This document shows positions 45,025-56,381 of a stretch of 64,000 nt of DNA, piece after piece. Both the position numbers and the translations under genes were made by a program. Origin of the DNA: Nitrospirota bacterium (GTDB lineage Bacteria > Nitrospirota > Thermodesulfovibrionia > SZUA-242); NCBI GenBank assembly GCA_003235715.1, contig QJVM01000155.1, forward strand, positions 4,577 to 68,576. The letters are read 5' to 3'. Below the pieces are notes generated by a model that was not told the DNA's origin, searched no databases, and saw only the letters and a program-made list of their open reading frames with translations. Numbering within the stretch: position 1 is the stretch's first letter; every line of letters starts with the position of its first letter.

Positions 45025-46902
45025 ATGTCCATACTCCAGCAGATTAAGTCGCCCGAAGATATCAAGAAACTGCCCCTCGAGGAACTGAACCCCCTGGCCG
45101 ACGAGATACGGGAACTGATCATTGAGCGGGTCTCGTTGAACGGCGGACACCTCGCGTCCAACCTGGGGGCCGTGGAATTGACGCTGGCCCTTCACCGCGT
45201 CTTCGACTCGCCGCAGGACAGGATCGTTTGGGACGTCGGACATCAGTGTTACGCCCACAAACTGATCACAGGGAGGAAGGACGAGTTTCACACCATCCGC
45301 AAGCCGGGAGGGATATCCGGATTTCCCAAGCGGACAGAAAGTCCGCATGACGCCTTCGGCACCGGCCACAGTTCCACCTCCATCTCGGCTGCACTGGGCA
45401 TGATGGAGGCCATGAGAAAGACGGGCAACACCGGCGAGGTCGTGGCGGTTATCGGCGATGGGGCCATGACCGCAGGACTTGCCTTTGAAGGATTGAACCA
45501 CGCCGGTCACCTGAAGAAGAAGCTGATCGTCGTGCTTAATGACAACGATATGTCCATCTCCCCCAACGTGGGAGCCCTTTCCGGATATCTGAACCGCATC
45601 ATGACCGGCGCGCTTTATAACAAATTCAAGAAAGAGACCAAGCAGCTTCTGGAAGGGATCCCCGGCGTCGGCGAATCCATGCTGAGGGTCGCTCAGAGGG
45701 CGGAAGACACCTTCAAGGGTTTTTTCGCCCCCGGGATGCTTTTCGAAGAGCTGGGATTCGAATACATGGGGCCCGTGGACGGCCACAGGCTGGAGGCCCT
45801 TATCGAAACCTTCGAACGGGTCAAGAAGTTTGACTGGCCCACCCTTGTTCACGTGATCACGAAAAAGGGCCGCGGCTATGAACCGGCTGAGAGAAATCCA
45901 AGCCTGTTTCACGGGATTGGACCCTTTGATATCGAAACGGGGCTGGTAGCGGGCAAGAAGGAAGCACCATCGTACAGCCGGGTCTTTGGCAACGCCCTCA
46001 CGGAACTGGCCCGAGCGGACGAACGTATCGTCGCCATCACCGCGGCCATGGCGGAGGGGACCGGACTGGACGAGTTTGCGCGGGCCCTTCCCCGAAGGTT
46101 CTATGACGTCGGGATTGCTGAACCCCACGCCGTAACCTTTGCCGCCGGCCTTGCGGCCGGAGGACTTAAGCCCGTGGTCGCCATCTACTCGTCGTTTCTT
46201 CAGCGTGGATACGATCAGATCATCCATGACGTCTGTCTGCAACAGCTTCCCGTGGTTTTCGTGCTGGACCGGGCCGGCATCGTCGGAGAGGACGGTCCAA
46301 CGCACCATGGCGTGTTCGACCTCAGCTACCTCCGCCACATTCCAAATCTCACCATCATGGCCCCGCGGCATGAGAACGAATTGCAGCACATGCTGAAGAC
46401 CGCCGTGGAGTTGAACGGGCCGGCGGCCATCCGATTTCCGCGAGGGAAAGCCATGGGCGTGCCCATGGATGAGGAGATGCACGCCCTGCCCCTGGGGAAA
46501 GCCGAGATCCTGATGGAGGGGAACGAGGTGGCCATTTTCGCCATCGGGAACTCGGCCAACCACGCCCTCAAGGCCGGGGAACGGCTCGCGGCAGAGGGAC
46601 TCCGCCCCACGGTGGTCGATGCCCGCTTCGTGAAACCTCTCGACCTGAATACCCTTCGTTCGGTGGCCGAAAGGACCCCACGGATCCTCACGGTCGAGGA
46701 GAACGCCGTGCAGGGAGGGTTTGGCAGCGCTGTTCTCGAGTCGCTGGCCTGGATGGGTCTTTCGGGCCTAACCGTGAGAAACCTGGGTATCCCCGATGGC
46801 TTTGTGCCCGCCGGATACCAGAGCGAGCTTCTGGCGGACATAGGGCTCGATGCGGAGGGAATTGCCCGCGCCGCCCGGGACCTCGCTGTACAGGTCCGCT
46901 GA
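45025..46902 (+). CDS. dxs: 1-deoxy-D-xylulose-5-phosphate synthase
   Basis: Start at ATG 45025 ([16 protein letters not shown]). A TPP-binding GDGAMTAG...NDN motif, a transketolase-like Pyr domain and a C-terminal domain are present. Confidence 0.9.
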   Translation: MSILQQIKSPEDIKKLPLEELNPLADEIRELIIERVSLNGGHLASNLGAVELTLALHRVFDSPQDRIVWDVGHQCYAHKLITGRKDEFHTIRKPGGISGFPKRTESPHDAFGTGHSSTSISAALGMMEAMRKTGNTGEVVAVIGDGAMTAGLAFEGLNHAGHLKKKLIVVLNDNDMSISPNVGALSGYLNRIMTGALYNKFKKETKQLLEGIPGVGESMLRVAQRAEDTFKGFFAPGMLFEELGFEYMGPVDGHRLEALIETFERVKKFDWPTLVHVITKKGRGYEPAERNPSLFHGIGPFDIETGLVAGKKEAPSYSRVFGNALTELARADERIVAITAAMAEGTGLDEFARALPRRFYDVGIAEPHAVTFAAGLAAGGLKPVVAIYSSFLQRGYDQIIHDVCLQQLPVVFVLDRAGIVGEDGPTHHGVFDLSYLRHIPNLTIMAPRHENELQHMLKTAVELNGPAAIRFPRGKAMGVPMDEEMHALPLGKAEILMEGNEVAIFAIGNSANHALKAGERLAAEGLRPTVVDARFVKPLDLNTLRSVAERTPRILTVEENAVQGGFGSAVLESLAWMGLSGLTVRNLGIPDGFVPAGYQSELLADIGLDAEGIARAARDLAVQVR

Positions 46903-46975
46903 CCGAGGGTCGAAACGCTCCCCCCGCGGGCGAATCCCTTTACCCCAATCCGTGGGTTCATCCCGTGCAAAGGCG

Positions 46976-47716
46976 ATGGAAAAGGTCCGCGTTGATCGGT
47001 TGATGGTTGAGCAGGGTCTGGCGCCGTCGCGTCACAAGGCCCAGGCGCTCGTCATGGGCGGCAAGGTACGCGTCAACGGCGTCCGTGTGGACAAGGCCGG
47101 CACCCTGATTCCCCTGGACTCGGAAATCGAGATCAGCGAAGATCTCCCTTACGTGAGCCGCGGGGGTCTTAAGCTGGAAGCCGCCCTGCGGGCCTTCAGC
47201 ATCGACCCTCGTGGACGGAGAGCTATGGATATCGGCGCCTCTACGGGCGGCTTTACGGACTGTCTTCTGAAACATGGAGCCGACGAGGTCGTGGCCGTGG
47301 ACGTGGGGTATGGTCAGTTGGACTGGTCGCTTCGAAACGACCCCCGTGTTATTCTTCTTGAGAAAACGAACATCCGTTACCTGAACCCCGAGGCCAGTGG
47401 AGGGCTCTGCGACCTGATCACGATCGACGTGTCGTTCATTTCGCTTTCCCTGGTGCTCCCCAAGGCTTTGGAATTCCTTTCGCCGGGAGGCACACTGGTC
47501 GCTCTGATCAAGCCGCAGTTTGAGGTGGGCCCCTCGGAGGTGGGCAAGGGCGGAATCGTTCGGGAACCTGCAAAACACCAACGGGTGGTCTCGGAAGTTT
47601 GTGACTGGGCACGGGGGCTCGGACTGGAACTCGTCGGCACCCTTCCCTCGCCGCTCACCGGAGCCAAAGGGAATCGTGAGTTTATCGGCGTCTGGATAAA
47701 GCCCCGGCGGGAGTGA
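46976..47716 (+). CDS. tlyA: TlyA-family rRNA 2'-O-methyltransferase (S4 + FtsJ domains)
   Basis: Start at ATG 46976. It has an S4 RNA-binding N-terminus (RVDRLMVEQGLAPSRHKAQALV) and the SAM-binding motif DIGASTGGFTDCLL. Confidence 0.8.
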   Translation: MEKVRVDRLMVEQGLAPSRHKAQALVMGGKVRVNGVRVDKAGTLIPLDSEIEISEDLPYVSRGGLKLEAALRAFSIDPRGRRAMDIGASTGGFTDCLLKHGADEVVAVDVGYGQLDWSLRNDPRVILLEKTNIRYLNPEASGGLCDLITIDVSFISLSLVLPKALEFLSPGGTLVALIKPQFEVGPSEVGKGGIVREPAKHQRVVSEVCDWARGLGLELVGTLPSPLTGAKGNREFIGVWIKPRRE

Positions 47717-47740
47717 GCAGGCTGTGGAGAGGAGAGTCCC

Positions 47741-48439
47741 ATGACAGAGGAAGTCCGTCAGATCGGACTGGATATGAGTCTGATGTCCGCCGGGGTACTG
47801 GAATTGCTTCTGGACCAGGAAAACCTCGAACCGGACTTCTACACCGAATGCCTGGCCGCAAACCGCCACCGTCCTGAAATCCTGCAGGTCCTGATGAGTG
47901 ATTTTCGTACCCCGTTCGAGGTTCGGGCCGAGGCCAGCGGCATCCTGCACCTGCCGGCCCCTGACGAGAAACAGCTGGCCCTGCTGCGCAAGAAGGCGGA
48001 GGAAAGGCCGACGGAAGAGAAGAAGCAGACCCTGCTCACCAAGATCGCAATCATGAATGTTGGGGAGAAGATACAGCTGGCCATGCGGGGAAGCCGGGAG
48101 GTCCGGAATATCCTGATCAAGGACACGAACAAGGAGGTCGTGAAAACGGTCATGCAGAACCCGAAGATGACGGAAAGCGAGGTGGAACTGATCGCTATGA
48201 ACCGGAACATCTCCGAGGAAGTCCTGCGAACCATAGGCTCGCGTCGGGAATGGATGAAGAACTACGCGGTTACCCTGGCTTTGGTGACGAATCCGAAGAC
48301 ACCGGTCGGGGTGTCCTTGGGCCAGATCCCTCGTATCAGGAAGGGGGACCTGGTCAAGTTTGAGAAGAACCGGAACCTGCCCGAGGCCGTTCGGGCTGCG
48401 GCCAAGGGGCTGCTGGCCAAGCAGAAGAAACAGGCCTGA
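47741..48439 (+). CDS. hypothetical protein (helical-repeat-like; unknown function)
   Basis: 232 aa with no recognisable catalytic motif. It has Lys-rich termini and internal pseudo-repeats (…EVLRTIGSRREW… / …EVRNILIKD…). Confidence 0.5.
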   Translation: MTEEVRQIGLDMSLMSAGVLELLLDQENLEPDFYTECLAANRHRPEILQVLMSDFRTPFEVRAEASGILHLPAPDEKQLALLRKKAEERPTEEKKQTLLTKIAIMNVGEKIQLAMRGSREVRNILIKDTNKEVVKTVMQNPKMTESEVELIAMNRNISEEVLRTIGSRREWMKNYAVTLALVTNPKTPVGVSLGQIPRIRKGDLVKFEKNRNLPEAVRAAAKGLLAKQKKQA

Positions 48440-48457
48440 TCCCCTGCGGGCACGGAC

Positions 48458-49615
48458 ATGAAGATCAAGCGCTTTGACCTGAGCAAACTCCCTCCTTGGA
48501 TGACCTTGAGGAGTACGGCCAAGAAGGCCGTGGACTACCTGAAAGCCACGGATCGGGTCACCCCCTATCTTCTCATTGACCGGGACCGTCTCGAACGAAA
48601 AGCCAAACTAATTGGCCTGAATATTCCGGGTTCCACCGTTTATTACGCCGTGAAAGCCAATCCGCACCCCGAGATTCTCCGGGTCGTTCAGGACGGTGGT
48701 CTTGGATTCGAGATCGCCTCCGAGGGAGAACTCCGCGTTCTGGTCCAGATGGGCGTGCCCCCGGAAAAGATGATCTCGAGCAATCCGATGAAGACCCCCC
48801 TGTTTCTCAGGGAAGCCTACGAAGCCGGGGTACGTTATTTCGCACTGGACAGTCTGCCTGAGGTCCGGAAGACGGCAGAACTGGCCCCGGGTTCCTCGGT
48901 CTATGTACGGCTGTCAGTTCCGAATGAAGGAAGCGAGTGGCCCCTCAGCCGAAAGTTCGGTGTGGAAATCGAAGAGGCCCTCCTCGTCCTGAAGGAAGCA
49001 GGAGAAAAGGGCCTTGTTCCGGCCGGACTCACCTTCCACGTCGGCTCCCAGTGCACCAACCCCTATACCTGGGAGACGGCCCTGGACAAGGCTGCCCGCC
49101 TTTGGGAACTGGCCGCCGAATCCGGAATCCGGATGAACCTTCTGAACATCGGCGGGGGGTATCCCATCCAGTACACCCGGAACGTGGTGGAAGTGGAGTC
49201 CGTGGAAAGACGCGTCCAGGAGCGCATCCTCGCCCTCTTTCCTCCCGAGGTTCGGGTCATGATCGAGCCCGGTCGCGCGGTGGTCGGAGACGCGGGTGTC
49301 TTCGTGACCTCTGTTACGGGCAAAGCCAAGCGGGTGGATGCCAACTGGCTCTATCTTGACGTGGGGGTCTTCAACGGACTGATGGAGGCGGTCGGAGGAA
49401 TCCGGTACACGTATGTGACGGAGAACGTGGCCCCCCTCCGGAAGTGGACCATTGCCGGGCCCAGTTGTGACAGTTTTGACGTCGTGGGAACGGACATTGA
49501 ATTGCCCGAACCCGAGGTGGGCGACCGTTTGCTGGTACTCGGAGCCGGAGCCTACACGACCAGCTATGCGTCGGAGTTCAACGGATTTTCGATTCCGGAT
49601 ACGATTCTGATCTGA
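48458..49615 (+). CDS. fold-III PLP-dependent decarboxylase (ornithine/lysine/arginine/carboxynorspermidine decarboxylase family)
   Basis: 385 aa with the PLP-Lys motif YAVKANPHP, a Gly-rich loop (NIGGGYP), and EPGRAVV...CDSFD. It is adjacent to speE. Confidence 0.75.
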   Translation: MKIKRFDLSKLPPWMTLRSTAKKAVDYLKATDRVTPYLLIDRDRLERKAKLIGLNIPGSTVYYAVKANPHPEILRVVQDGGLGFEIASEGELRVLVQMGVPPEKMISSNPMKTPLFLREAYEAGVRYFALDSLPEVRKTAELAPGSSVYVRLSVPNEGSEWPLSRKFGVEIEEALLVLKEAGEKGLVPAGLTFHVGSQCTNPYTWETALDKAARLWELAAESGIRMNLLNIGGGYPIQYTRNVVEVESVERRVQERILALFPPEVRVMIEPGRAVVGDAGVFVTSVTGKAKRVDANWLYLDVGVFNGLMEAVGGIRYTYVTENVAPLRKWTIAGPSCDSFDVVGTDIELPEPEVGDRLLVLGAGAYTTSYASEFNGFSIPDTILI

Positions 49616-49687
49616 CACAGGGCTTCCTTTGGCACCGGGACCGCGCGTGGCCCCGAACAAAGGTTCAAGGATACACAGGAGGAAAGA

Positions 49688-50524
49688 ATGATTCGTTTCA
49701 CCAGCAAGGACCCGCGCTCACCGGTCGAATGCTCTTTTGCCGTGCAGTCTGTGCTCTTTCGCGAACAGAGTGAGTTTCAGGAAGTCCTCGTCATCGATAA
49801 TCCGTTCTTCGGGGAGATGCTCGTTCTGGACGGGGCCGTGCAGATGACGACACGGGATGAATTCCTTTATCACGAAATGCTCGTCCACGTCGCGATGCAG
49901 GCCCACCCGTCTCCTGCCTCGATAGCGGTCATCGGCGGTGGCGACGGGGCCGCGGTACGGGAGGTTTTGAAACACGAAAGCGTGGGTTCCGTCCAGGTGG
50001 CGGAAATCGACGAGACGGTCATCCGGGCAGTGAAACAGTGTTTTCCGGATGCGGCCGGAGCCCTGGACGATCCCCGGGTCCGGCTTCACGTCTTGGACGG
50101 GACCGAATTTGTGCGGGTGCCGGATATGTCTTTTGACGTGATGATTGTGGATGCGGGTGACATTACGGGCTACGAGGGCAGTTTGTATACGGCTGATTTT
50201 TTTCAGGCCTGTTTTGATCGGATGAACGGAAACGGGATTCTTGTGACCCACACCGGCTCCCTTCATTTTGACAGTAAGCGCGTCCGTGAGGTTCAGTCCC
50301 GACTGAAGGACATCTTTCCGAAGGTGGCCCTCTACACGTCTTCCGTCCCTTCATACCCTGGCACGTGGTGGACCTTTTCCGTCGCTTCCAAGAAATATGA
50401 CGTCCTCCGGTCTGGCCGTCCATGTAAGGTCAGGACCCGATATTACGCTGAGGATGTTCATACCGCCTCTTTTCTTCCTGAAAGCCTGTATCAGCGGCTC
50501 ATGGATGCGGGGCTGGACTGGTAG
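49688..50524 (+). CDS. speE: polyamine aminopropyltransferase (spermidine synthase)
   Basis: 278 aa with the VLDGAVQMTTRDEFLYHEM and VIGGGDGAAVREVLKH (GGGDG) motifs and a D...D catalytic context. Confidence 0.85.
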   Translation: MIRFTSKDPRSPVECSFAVQSVLFREQSEFQEVLVIDNPFFGEMLVLDGAVQMTTRDEFLYHEMLVHVAMQAHPSPASIAVIGGGDGAAVREVLKHESVGSVQVAEIDETVIRAVKQCFPDAAGALDDPRVRLHVLDGTEFVRVPDMSFDVMIVDAGDITGYEGSLYTADFFQACFDRMNGNGILVTHTGSLHFDSKRVREVQSRLKDIFPKVALYTSSVPSYPGTWWTFSVASKKYDVLRSGRPCKVRTRYYAEDVHTASFLPESLYQRLMDAGLDW

Positions 50525-50557
50525 GCTTTCGCACGCAACGTGTCCTGATACGGTGCC

Positions 50558-50587
50558 TTGACACGGCCGCCGCTCCCTTGGTTCAAT
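50558..50587 (+). promoter_or_regulatory. candidate sigma70-type promoter immediately upstream of CIRCE
   Basis: TTGACA (50558-50563), an 18-nt spacer, then TTCAAT (50582-50587). CIRCE begins 4 nt later, the classical promoter-operator arrangement. Confidence 0.4.
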
Positions 50588-50590
50588 GTA

Positions 50591-50617
50591 TTAGCACTCA
50601 TTCTTATCGAGTGCTAA
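50591..50617. promoter_or_regulatory. CIRCE operator (HrcA binding site), perfect consensus
   Basis: TTAGCACTC-attcttatc-GAGTGCTAA, a 9-nt inverted repeat with a 9-nt spacer, lies in the AT-richer gap 100 nt upstream of hrcA. Confidence 0.9.
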
Positions 50618-50719
50618 AATTATTGTTTTTATCTTAATAATCAAGCCGTTAAGAAAAGACGAAGCCCATCGCCCCCTGGGGAACCGGGGTGCGGGGGACG
50701 CACGTGCCTGGCAGGAACG

Positions 50720-51805
50720 ATGAGCGCCAACCCCATTATCGATGAAAGGGCCCGACGGGTCCTGACCGCTATTATCGAAACGTACGTAGAAACCGGCGAA
50801 CCGGTGGGGTCCAGACCCCTTACCAAGAAACACGGGTTCAACCTCTCGCCGGCGACCATCCGGAACATCATGGCCGACCTTGAGGACCTGGGTCTCCTCA
50901 CTCAACCGCACACCTCGGCGGGGCGCGTGCCCACGGAGAAAGGTTACCGGTACTACGTGGATGCGTGTATCGGGGCAGGAGACGCGTTCAAGGAGCGGTT
51001 GACAGAAGAGACTCAATATCATCTGGAGTCCGTTCGGAAGGATGCCTCCGCCATCGTCCAGGACGTTACCCAGGAACTCTCGCGGTCTTCCAGTCAGCTC
51101 AGCGTGGCCGTGGCCCCAAGGTTTCTCAAAAGCAGGCTCTCGCGTGTTGAACTGGTCCCAGTAAGAGGCGCTACCGTCCAGGCGGTGGTCATCTCTGAGG
51201 AAGGGATCGTGAGAAACATGCTGCTCGACCTGAACGAACCCTATACGTCAAAGCACCTCCGGCGGATTAGCGGCTACATCAACCGCCATTTGGCAGGGTA
51301 TACGGTGCGGGAGGCAAGGGAGCGGGTGATCAATCAGGTGCTCGAGCACAAGGCCGCTTATGACACGCTTATGGCCGAAGCCATGAGGGTCGGCCAGGTT
51401 ATCATGGAACGCCAGAGCGAGGACCGCATCTTCGTCGAAGGCGTCTCCGAAGCGCTCCAAAGGCTGAAGTTCAGGAGCCGGGACGCCCTCCGTGACCTAT
51501 TCAGAGCCATTGAGGACAAGCATCTCATGATCCAGGTTTTCAATATGGTGGAGGAGATGGAAAGCGGGGTTCAGGTCATTATCGGCTCGGAAAACCCGGT
51601 GGGCGAAATGCACGACTGCGCCATGGTCGCATCGCCCTACCTTCGCGAAGGGCGCGTAATTGGAACGATTGGAGTGATCGGGCCGGTGCGTATGCATTAT
51701 CCAAGCGTGATCTCCATGGTGGACCGTACAGCCCGGTTTTTGACCCGGGTCTTTTCTCAGGAGGAAGGAGGGGCCGCAGCGGATGGACACATCGGGAAAC
51801 CCTAA
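50720..51805 (+). CDS. hrcA: heat-inducible transcription repressor HrcA
   Basis: 361 aa with the HrcA N-terminal wHTH (RARRVLTAIIETYVETGEPVGSRPL...SPATIRNIMADLEDLGLL). Confidence 0.9.
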   Translation: MSANPIIDERARRVLTAIIETYVETGEPVGSRPLTKKHGFNLSPATIRNIMADLEDLGLLTQPHTSAGRVPTEKGYRYYVDACIGAGDAFKERLTEETQYHLESVRKDASAIVQDVTQELSRSSSQLSVAVAPRFLKSRLSRVELVPVRGATVQAVVISEEGIVRNMLLDLNEPYTSKHLRRISGYINRHLAGYTVREARERVINQVLEHKAAYDTLMAEAMRVGQVIMERQSEDRIFVEGVSEALQRLKFRSRDALRDLFRAIEDKHLMIQVFNMVEEMESGVQVIIGSENPVGEMHDCAMVASPYLREGRVIGTIGVIGPVRMHYPSVISMVDRTARFLTRVFSQEEGGAAADGHIGKP

Positions 51806-52481
51806 GGTGACGAGGCCGGTGGAAGACGAGGAGGCCGTTTCAGGGACGCAACCCGGGAAGGAGGAACTGGATCCGATCCTCCCGCCGGAGGACGAGGCTG
51901 GACCCGCGGAAGGAACCGGGCCTGGAGAAAAGGAAACCGATACCGAAGGGCGGGCCGTCGCCCCCGAGAGCGCGAAACTGGACGCGCTACGGAAAGAACA
52001 CGCTGATTTGAATGAGCGTTATCTGCGCCTCCACGCGGAATTTGACAACTATAAGAAGCGTATGGCCAAGGACCGGGAGGAACTGAGAAAATTTGCCAAT
52101 GAAGGGATTATCATGGAGCTTCTGTCCGTCATTGACCATCTGGAAATGGCGGTACAGCATGCCCAGGGAGACGCACTGGCCAACGTGGTCAAGGGGGTGG
52201 AGATCACGCTTAAGGAGTTTGAACGGGTGCTGGAGAACAACGGGGTGAGAAGGATCGAGGCCCAGGGGCAGGAATTCGACCCGAACGTTCACCATGCCAT
52301 GACCCAGGTGCCGACGGCAGAGGCCAAGGCGAACACGGTTATGGAGGAATTCAGAAAGGGATACCAGCTTCATGACAAAGTCATCCGCCCCTCCCTCGTG
52401 GCGGTGGCCGCAGCACCCCCGGAACCGGACTCGGAAGCCCCGCGGGACGCTTCGGCCGAAGAGAGTCCGGACTCTGGGTGA
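51783..52481 (+). CDS. grpE: nucleotide exchange factor GrpE
   Basis: The GrpE coiled-coil and beta domain are present (RLHAEFDNYKKRMAKDREE...GYQLHDKVIRPSLVAV), with an acidic N-terminus. It overlaps the hrcA end by 23 nt. Confidence 0.85.
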   Translation: MDTSGNPKVTRPVEDEEAVSGTQPGKEELDPILPPEDEAGPAEGTGPGEKETDTEGRAVAPESAKLDALRKEHADLNERYLRLHAEFDNYKKRMAKDREELRKFANEGIIMELLSVIDHLEMAVQHAQGDALANVVKGVEITLKEFERVLENNGVRRIEAQGQEFDPNVHHAMTQVPTAEAKANTVMEEFRKGYQLHDKVIRPSLVAVAAAPPEPDSEAPRDASAEESPDSG

Positions 52482-52530
52482 ACCGGCTTTTCGTGGTATC
52501 CATTCTTGATCAAAGAGGAGGATCAGCTGT

Positions 52531-54456
52531 ATGGGCAAGGTCATCGGAATAGATCTGGGAACAACCAATTCAGTCGTGGCGGTCATGCAGGCGGGAGACC
52601 CCATCGTCATCCCCAATCAGGAGGGGAATCGCACGACCCCCTCGGTGGTTGCGTTTACGGACAAAGGGGAAAGGCTCGTCGGTCAGGTCGCCAAGCGACA
52701 GGCCATCACGAACCCGCAGAACACCATATTCTCCATAAAACGGCTCATGGGTCGGAAGTTCACTTCCCCGCAGGTACAGAACGCGATAACCCGGCTGCCG
52801 TACAAGATCGTCGCGGCTGACAACGGGGATGCGCACGTGGAGATTTCGGGCAAGCGCTACTCGCCTCCGGAGATCTCCGCCATGATTCTGCAGAAGCTGA
52901 AGAAGGCGGCGGAAGACTATCTCGGAGAGACCGTCACCGAAGCGGTCATTACGGTACCCGCCTATTTCGACGACAGCCAGCGCCAGGCCACCAAGGATGC
53001 CGGGCGTATCGCGGGCCTGGACGTCCTGCGCATCATCAACGAGCCCACGGCCGCGGCCTTGGCCTACGGCATGGACAAGAAGAAGGAAGAGAAAATCGCC
53101 GTCTACGACCTTGGGGGCGGAACCTTTGATATTTCGATTCTTGAGATTGGAGAAGGCGTAGTCGAAGTGAAATCCACCAACGGGGACACCTACCTTGGCG
53201 GTGATGACTTTGACGAGGCCATCATCGACTGGATGCTCGCCGAATTCAAGAAGGATTCCGGGATAGACCTCAAGGCCGACAAGATGGCGCTCCAACGCCT
53301 GAAAGAAGCGGCGGAGAAGGCCAAGGTCGAGCTCAGTTCCGCCACGGAAACCGAAATCAATCTTCCCTTTATCACAGCCGATGCTACCGGTCCCAAACAT
53401 CTGATGCTCAAACTGAGTCGGGCCAGGTTCGAACAGCTGACCGAGAGCCTCATCAAGAAAGCGCTGAGCCCGTGCCAGAAGGCCTTGAGTGATGCAGGGA
53501 TGAAAAACAAGGACATCAACGAGGTCGTCCTCGTGGGCGGTCAGACGAGGACCCCGAGGGTTCAGCAGGAGGTCAACAGCTTCTTCGGGCGCGAACCTCA
53601 CAAGGGAGTGAACCCCGACGAAGTGGTCGCCGTGGGAGCGGCCATCCAGGGCGGAGTCCTGAGGGGAGACGTGAAGGAAGTGCTTCTTCTTGATGTGACC
53701 CCCCTGTCCCTGGGCATTGAGACCCTTGGGGGCATCTTCACGAAACTGATCGAAAGGAATACAACCATTCCGACCCGGAAGAGCCAGGTCTTTTCCACGG
53801 CCTCGGACAACCAGCCGGCCGTTACGGTCAAGGTTTGCCAGGGTGAGCGGGAAATGGCCGCCGATAACAAGCTGCTCGGAAACTTTGAACTGATCGGCAT
53901 TCCTCCGGCTCCGCGGGGCGTTCCCCAGGTCGAAGTAACCTTCGATATCGATGCCAATGGCATCCTCCACGTCTCGGCAAAGGACCTCGGGACCGGGAAG
54001 GAACAGTCGATCCGGATCACCGCCTCCAGCGGCCTTACGGAAGAGGAAATCAAACAGATGACCGCGGACGCTCAGAGCCACTCGGACGAGGACAAGAAAC
54101 GCCGGAAACTGGCGGAAGCCCGGAACGAGGCGGACACCTTGATCTATACCGTGGAGAAATCCCTGGGGGATTACGGCTCCAAGATATCCAGCGAAGAGAA
54201 GGCTCAGATTGAATCCGCGCTGACGAAACTGAAAGAGGTGACCCAGTCCAGCAGCAACGCGGAGGAGATTCGCGAAGCCATCAACGCACTGACGTCCGCT
54301 TCGCACAAGATGGCGGAACACATGTATCAGCATGCGGGACCCAGTCCCACCGGTGAAGGGACCGGCGGACCGGAAGCTGGCACCAGTACCGGCTCAGGAC
54401 AGGCCGACGACGTGGTCGAGGCCGAGTTTGAAGAGGTGGACAAGGACAAGTCCTAG
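52531..54456 (+). CDS. dnaK: molecular chaperone DnaK (Hsp70)
   Basis: 641 aa with [26 protein letters not shown] and the full Hsp70 signature set. Confidence 0.95.
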   Translation: MGKVIGIDLGTTNSVVAVMQAGDPIVIPNQEGNRTTPSVVAFTDKGERLVGQVAKRQAITNPQNTIFSIKRLMGRKFTSPQVQNAITRLPYKIVAADNGDAHVEISGKRYSPPEISAMILQKLKKAAEDYLGETVTEAVITVPAYFDDSQRQATKDAGRIAGLDVLRIINEPTAAALAYGMDKKKEEKIAVYDLGGGTFDISILEIGEGVVEVKSTNGDTYLGGDDFDEAIIDWMLAEFKKDSGIDLKADKMALQRLKEAAEKAKVELSSATETEINLPFITADATGPKHLMLKLSRARFEQLTESLIKKALSPCQKALSDAGMKNKDINEVVLVGGQTRTPRVQQEVNSFFGREPHKGVNPDEVVAVGAAIQGGVLRGDVKEVLLLDVTPLSLGIETLGGIFTKLIERNTTIPTRKSQVFSTASDNQPAVTVKVCQGEREMAADNKLLGNFELIGIPPAPRGVPQVEVTFDIDANGILHVSAKDLGTGKEQSIRITASSGLTEEEIKQMTADAQSHSDEDKKRRKLAEARNEADTLIYTVEKSLGDYGSKISSEEKAQIESALTKLKEVTQSSSNAEEIREAINALTSASHKMAEHMYQHAGPSPTGEGTGGPEAGTSTGSGQADDVVEAEFEEVDKDKS

Positions 54457-54488
54457 GTCCCCCGGCCGCCCGACTGGACCTGAAAGCG

Positions 54489-55613
54489 ATGCCCACTACG
54501 GATTATTACGAAACACTTGGCGTCGACCGCAACGCCACGGATGAAGAGATCAAGAAGGCGTTCCGAAAGCTTGCCCTCAAACATCATCCCGACCGCAATC
54601 CCGGCGACAAGGACGCCGAGGAACGGTTTAAGCAGATCAACGAAGCCTATGCCTGTCTGGGCGATCCGCAAAAGAAGTCCAATTACGACCGGTTCGGCAC
54701 AGCGGACGGTATGGGCGGCCCCGGGATGGGGGGCTTTGGCGGATTCGGGGATGTCTTCGAGGACTTGTTTGGGGACGTCTTCGGCGGATTCACTGGAGCC
54801 CGGCGGGGGGGCCCCCGGCCCGTCCGGGGTTCTGACCTTCGTTACGATATAGAAATTTCGCTTGAAGAGGCTGCGCTCGGGACCGAAAGGGACATCCGGA
54901 TCCCTCGACGCTTCACCTGCGAGACATGCGGCGGGAATGGCGCCCAACCCGGAACCGCCCCGTCCACATGCCGAGCCTGCCATGGCCGCGGCGAGATCCG
55001 CATGCAGCAGGGGTTCTTCAGCATTGCCCGCACCTGCGGTCAATGCGGCGGCCGCGGAACGGTAATTTCCAATCCGTGCCCCGATTGCCGTGGGACCGGG
55101 AAGGTCACACGGGAGCGGGATATCTCGGTGAAGATGCCGGCGGGGGTCGATACCGGCACCCGTTTGAAGATGACGGCCGAGGGTGAACTGGGAAGCCTCG
55201 GGGGCCCCCCGGGCGATCTCTATATCGTGGTGACCGTGGCGGACCATCCCCGGTTTGTCAGAGACGGAGACCACCTGGTTTCGGATTTCCGTCTCTCCTT
55301 TGCCCAGGCCGTCCTCGGAGCGGACGTAAAGGTCCCGACCCTGGACGGAAAGAGCGCGAGCCTGCACATACCCCCGGGAACCGAATCGCACAGCGTTTTT
55401 CATATCAGGGGAAAGGGAATGCCAAGCCTGCGCTCCCCGCGGCGGGGGGACCTGCTCGTCAGAGTCGTCATTGATGTTCCGAAGAGACTCTCAGAAAAGC
55501 AGAAATTGCTCCTGAAGGAATTTGCGGCCCTGGGAGGGGAAACCCTCGAACAGGAGAAAGGCTTTGTAGACCGGCTGGAGGACAAGGTCCGCGACTTTTT
55601 CACCAGCGAATGA
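54489..55613 (+). CDS. dnaJ: molecular chaperone DnaJ
   Basis: J-domain with HPD (KHHPDRN), a G/F region, and four CxxCxGxG zinc-finger repeats. Confidence 0.95.
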   Translation: MPTTDYYETLGVDRNATDEEIKKAFRKLALKHHPDRNPGDKDAEERFKQINEAYACLGDPQKKSNYDRFGTADGMGGPGMGGFGGFGDVFEDLFGDVFGGFTGARRGGPRPVRGSDLRYDIEISLEEAALGTERDIRIPRRFTCETCGGNGAQPGTAPSTCRACHGRGEIRMQQGFFSIARTCGQCGGRGTVISNPCPDCRGTGKVTRERDISVKMPAGVDTGTRLKMTAEGELGSLGGPPGDLYIVVTVADHPRFVRDGDHLVSDFRLSFAQAVLGADVKVPTLDGKSASLHIPPGTESHSVFHIRGKGMPSLRSPRRGDLLVRVVIDVPKRLSEKQKLLLKEFAALGGETLEQEKGFVDRLEDKVRDFFTSE

Positions 55614-56356
55614 TTCCCTCCCTCCTTCTGGAAGCCCTCCCGGATCCCGACGAAACCGTTACCCTCAACCGCGAACAGACCCACTATGTCAGCCGGGTCC
55701 TCAGACTGCGAAACGGCGACCGCCTGTTCCTTTTTGATGGCCGGGGGGAGAGGCGACAAGCCGTGATAACGGACATGGCCCCTCGGACTGCCGTCCTTTG
55801 CTGCACACTCAGGGTGTCTGCCACCGCTGAATCCCCCCTGCGGATAACCCTGCTCCAGGGTGTCCCCAAAGGCGAGAAGATGGACCTTATCGTCCAGAAG
55901 GTGACGGAGTTGGGAGCGTACGCCGTCGTTCCGGTGGTTACACAACGGGCCCAGGTTCAGAAGGGTGGCCGGACGGCACGTTGGCGCCGCGTCGCCGAAG
56001 CGGCTGCGGCCCAGTGTGGTCGAAGCACGGTGCCAACCATATCGGACCCCATGACCGTGGAAGCCGCTCTGAAATATCGCAGGGTACCCGGGATTGTCTT
56101 CTGGGAAGAAGAGGCGCCCCCCCTGTCCCGCCTGGCAAACCTCCGGCCTTCCGGAGAACTTTGCGTATTGGTCGGACCTGAAGGTGGGCTTACAGAAACA
56201 GAGGTGGCGCAGGCCGAAGAATCCGGATTCCGACGTGCCGGACTGGGGCCCCGGCTTCTTCGCACGGAAACCGCGGCCATTGTGGCCGTGGCCCTGGTCC
56301 AGCATCTTTATGGAGATCTCGGGAATTCAACCAGGGAACGTGAACGGACCGGCTGA
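55610..56356 (+). CDS. rsmE: 16S rRNA (uracil1498-N3)-methyltransferase RsmE
   Basis: 248 aa with a PUA-like N-terminus and a SPOUT C-terminus ([14 protein letters not shown]). It shows a 4-nt overlap with dnaJ. Confidence 0.85.
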   Translation: MIPSLLLEALPDPDETVTLNREQTHYVSRVLRLRNGDRLFLFDGRGERRQAVITDMAPRTAVLCCTLRVSATAESPLRITLLQGVPKGEKMDLIVQKVTELGAYAVVPVVTQRAQVQKGGRTARWRRVAEAAAAQCGRSTVPTISDPMTVEAALKYRRVPGIVFWEEEAPPLSRLANLRPSGELCVLVGPEGGLTETEVAQAEESGFRRAGLGPRLLRTETAAIVAVALVQHLYGDLGNSTRERERTG

Positions 56357-56381
56357 GGACAACAGGACCCGAAACAACCTC

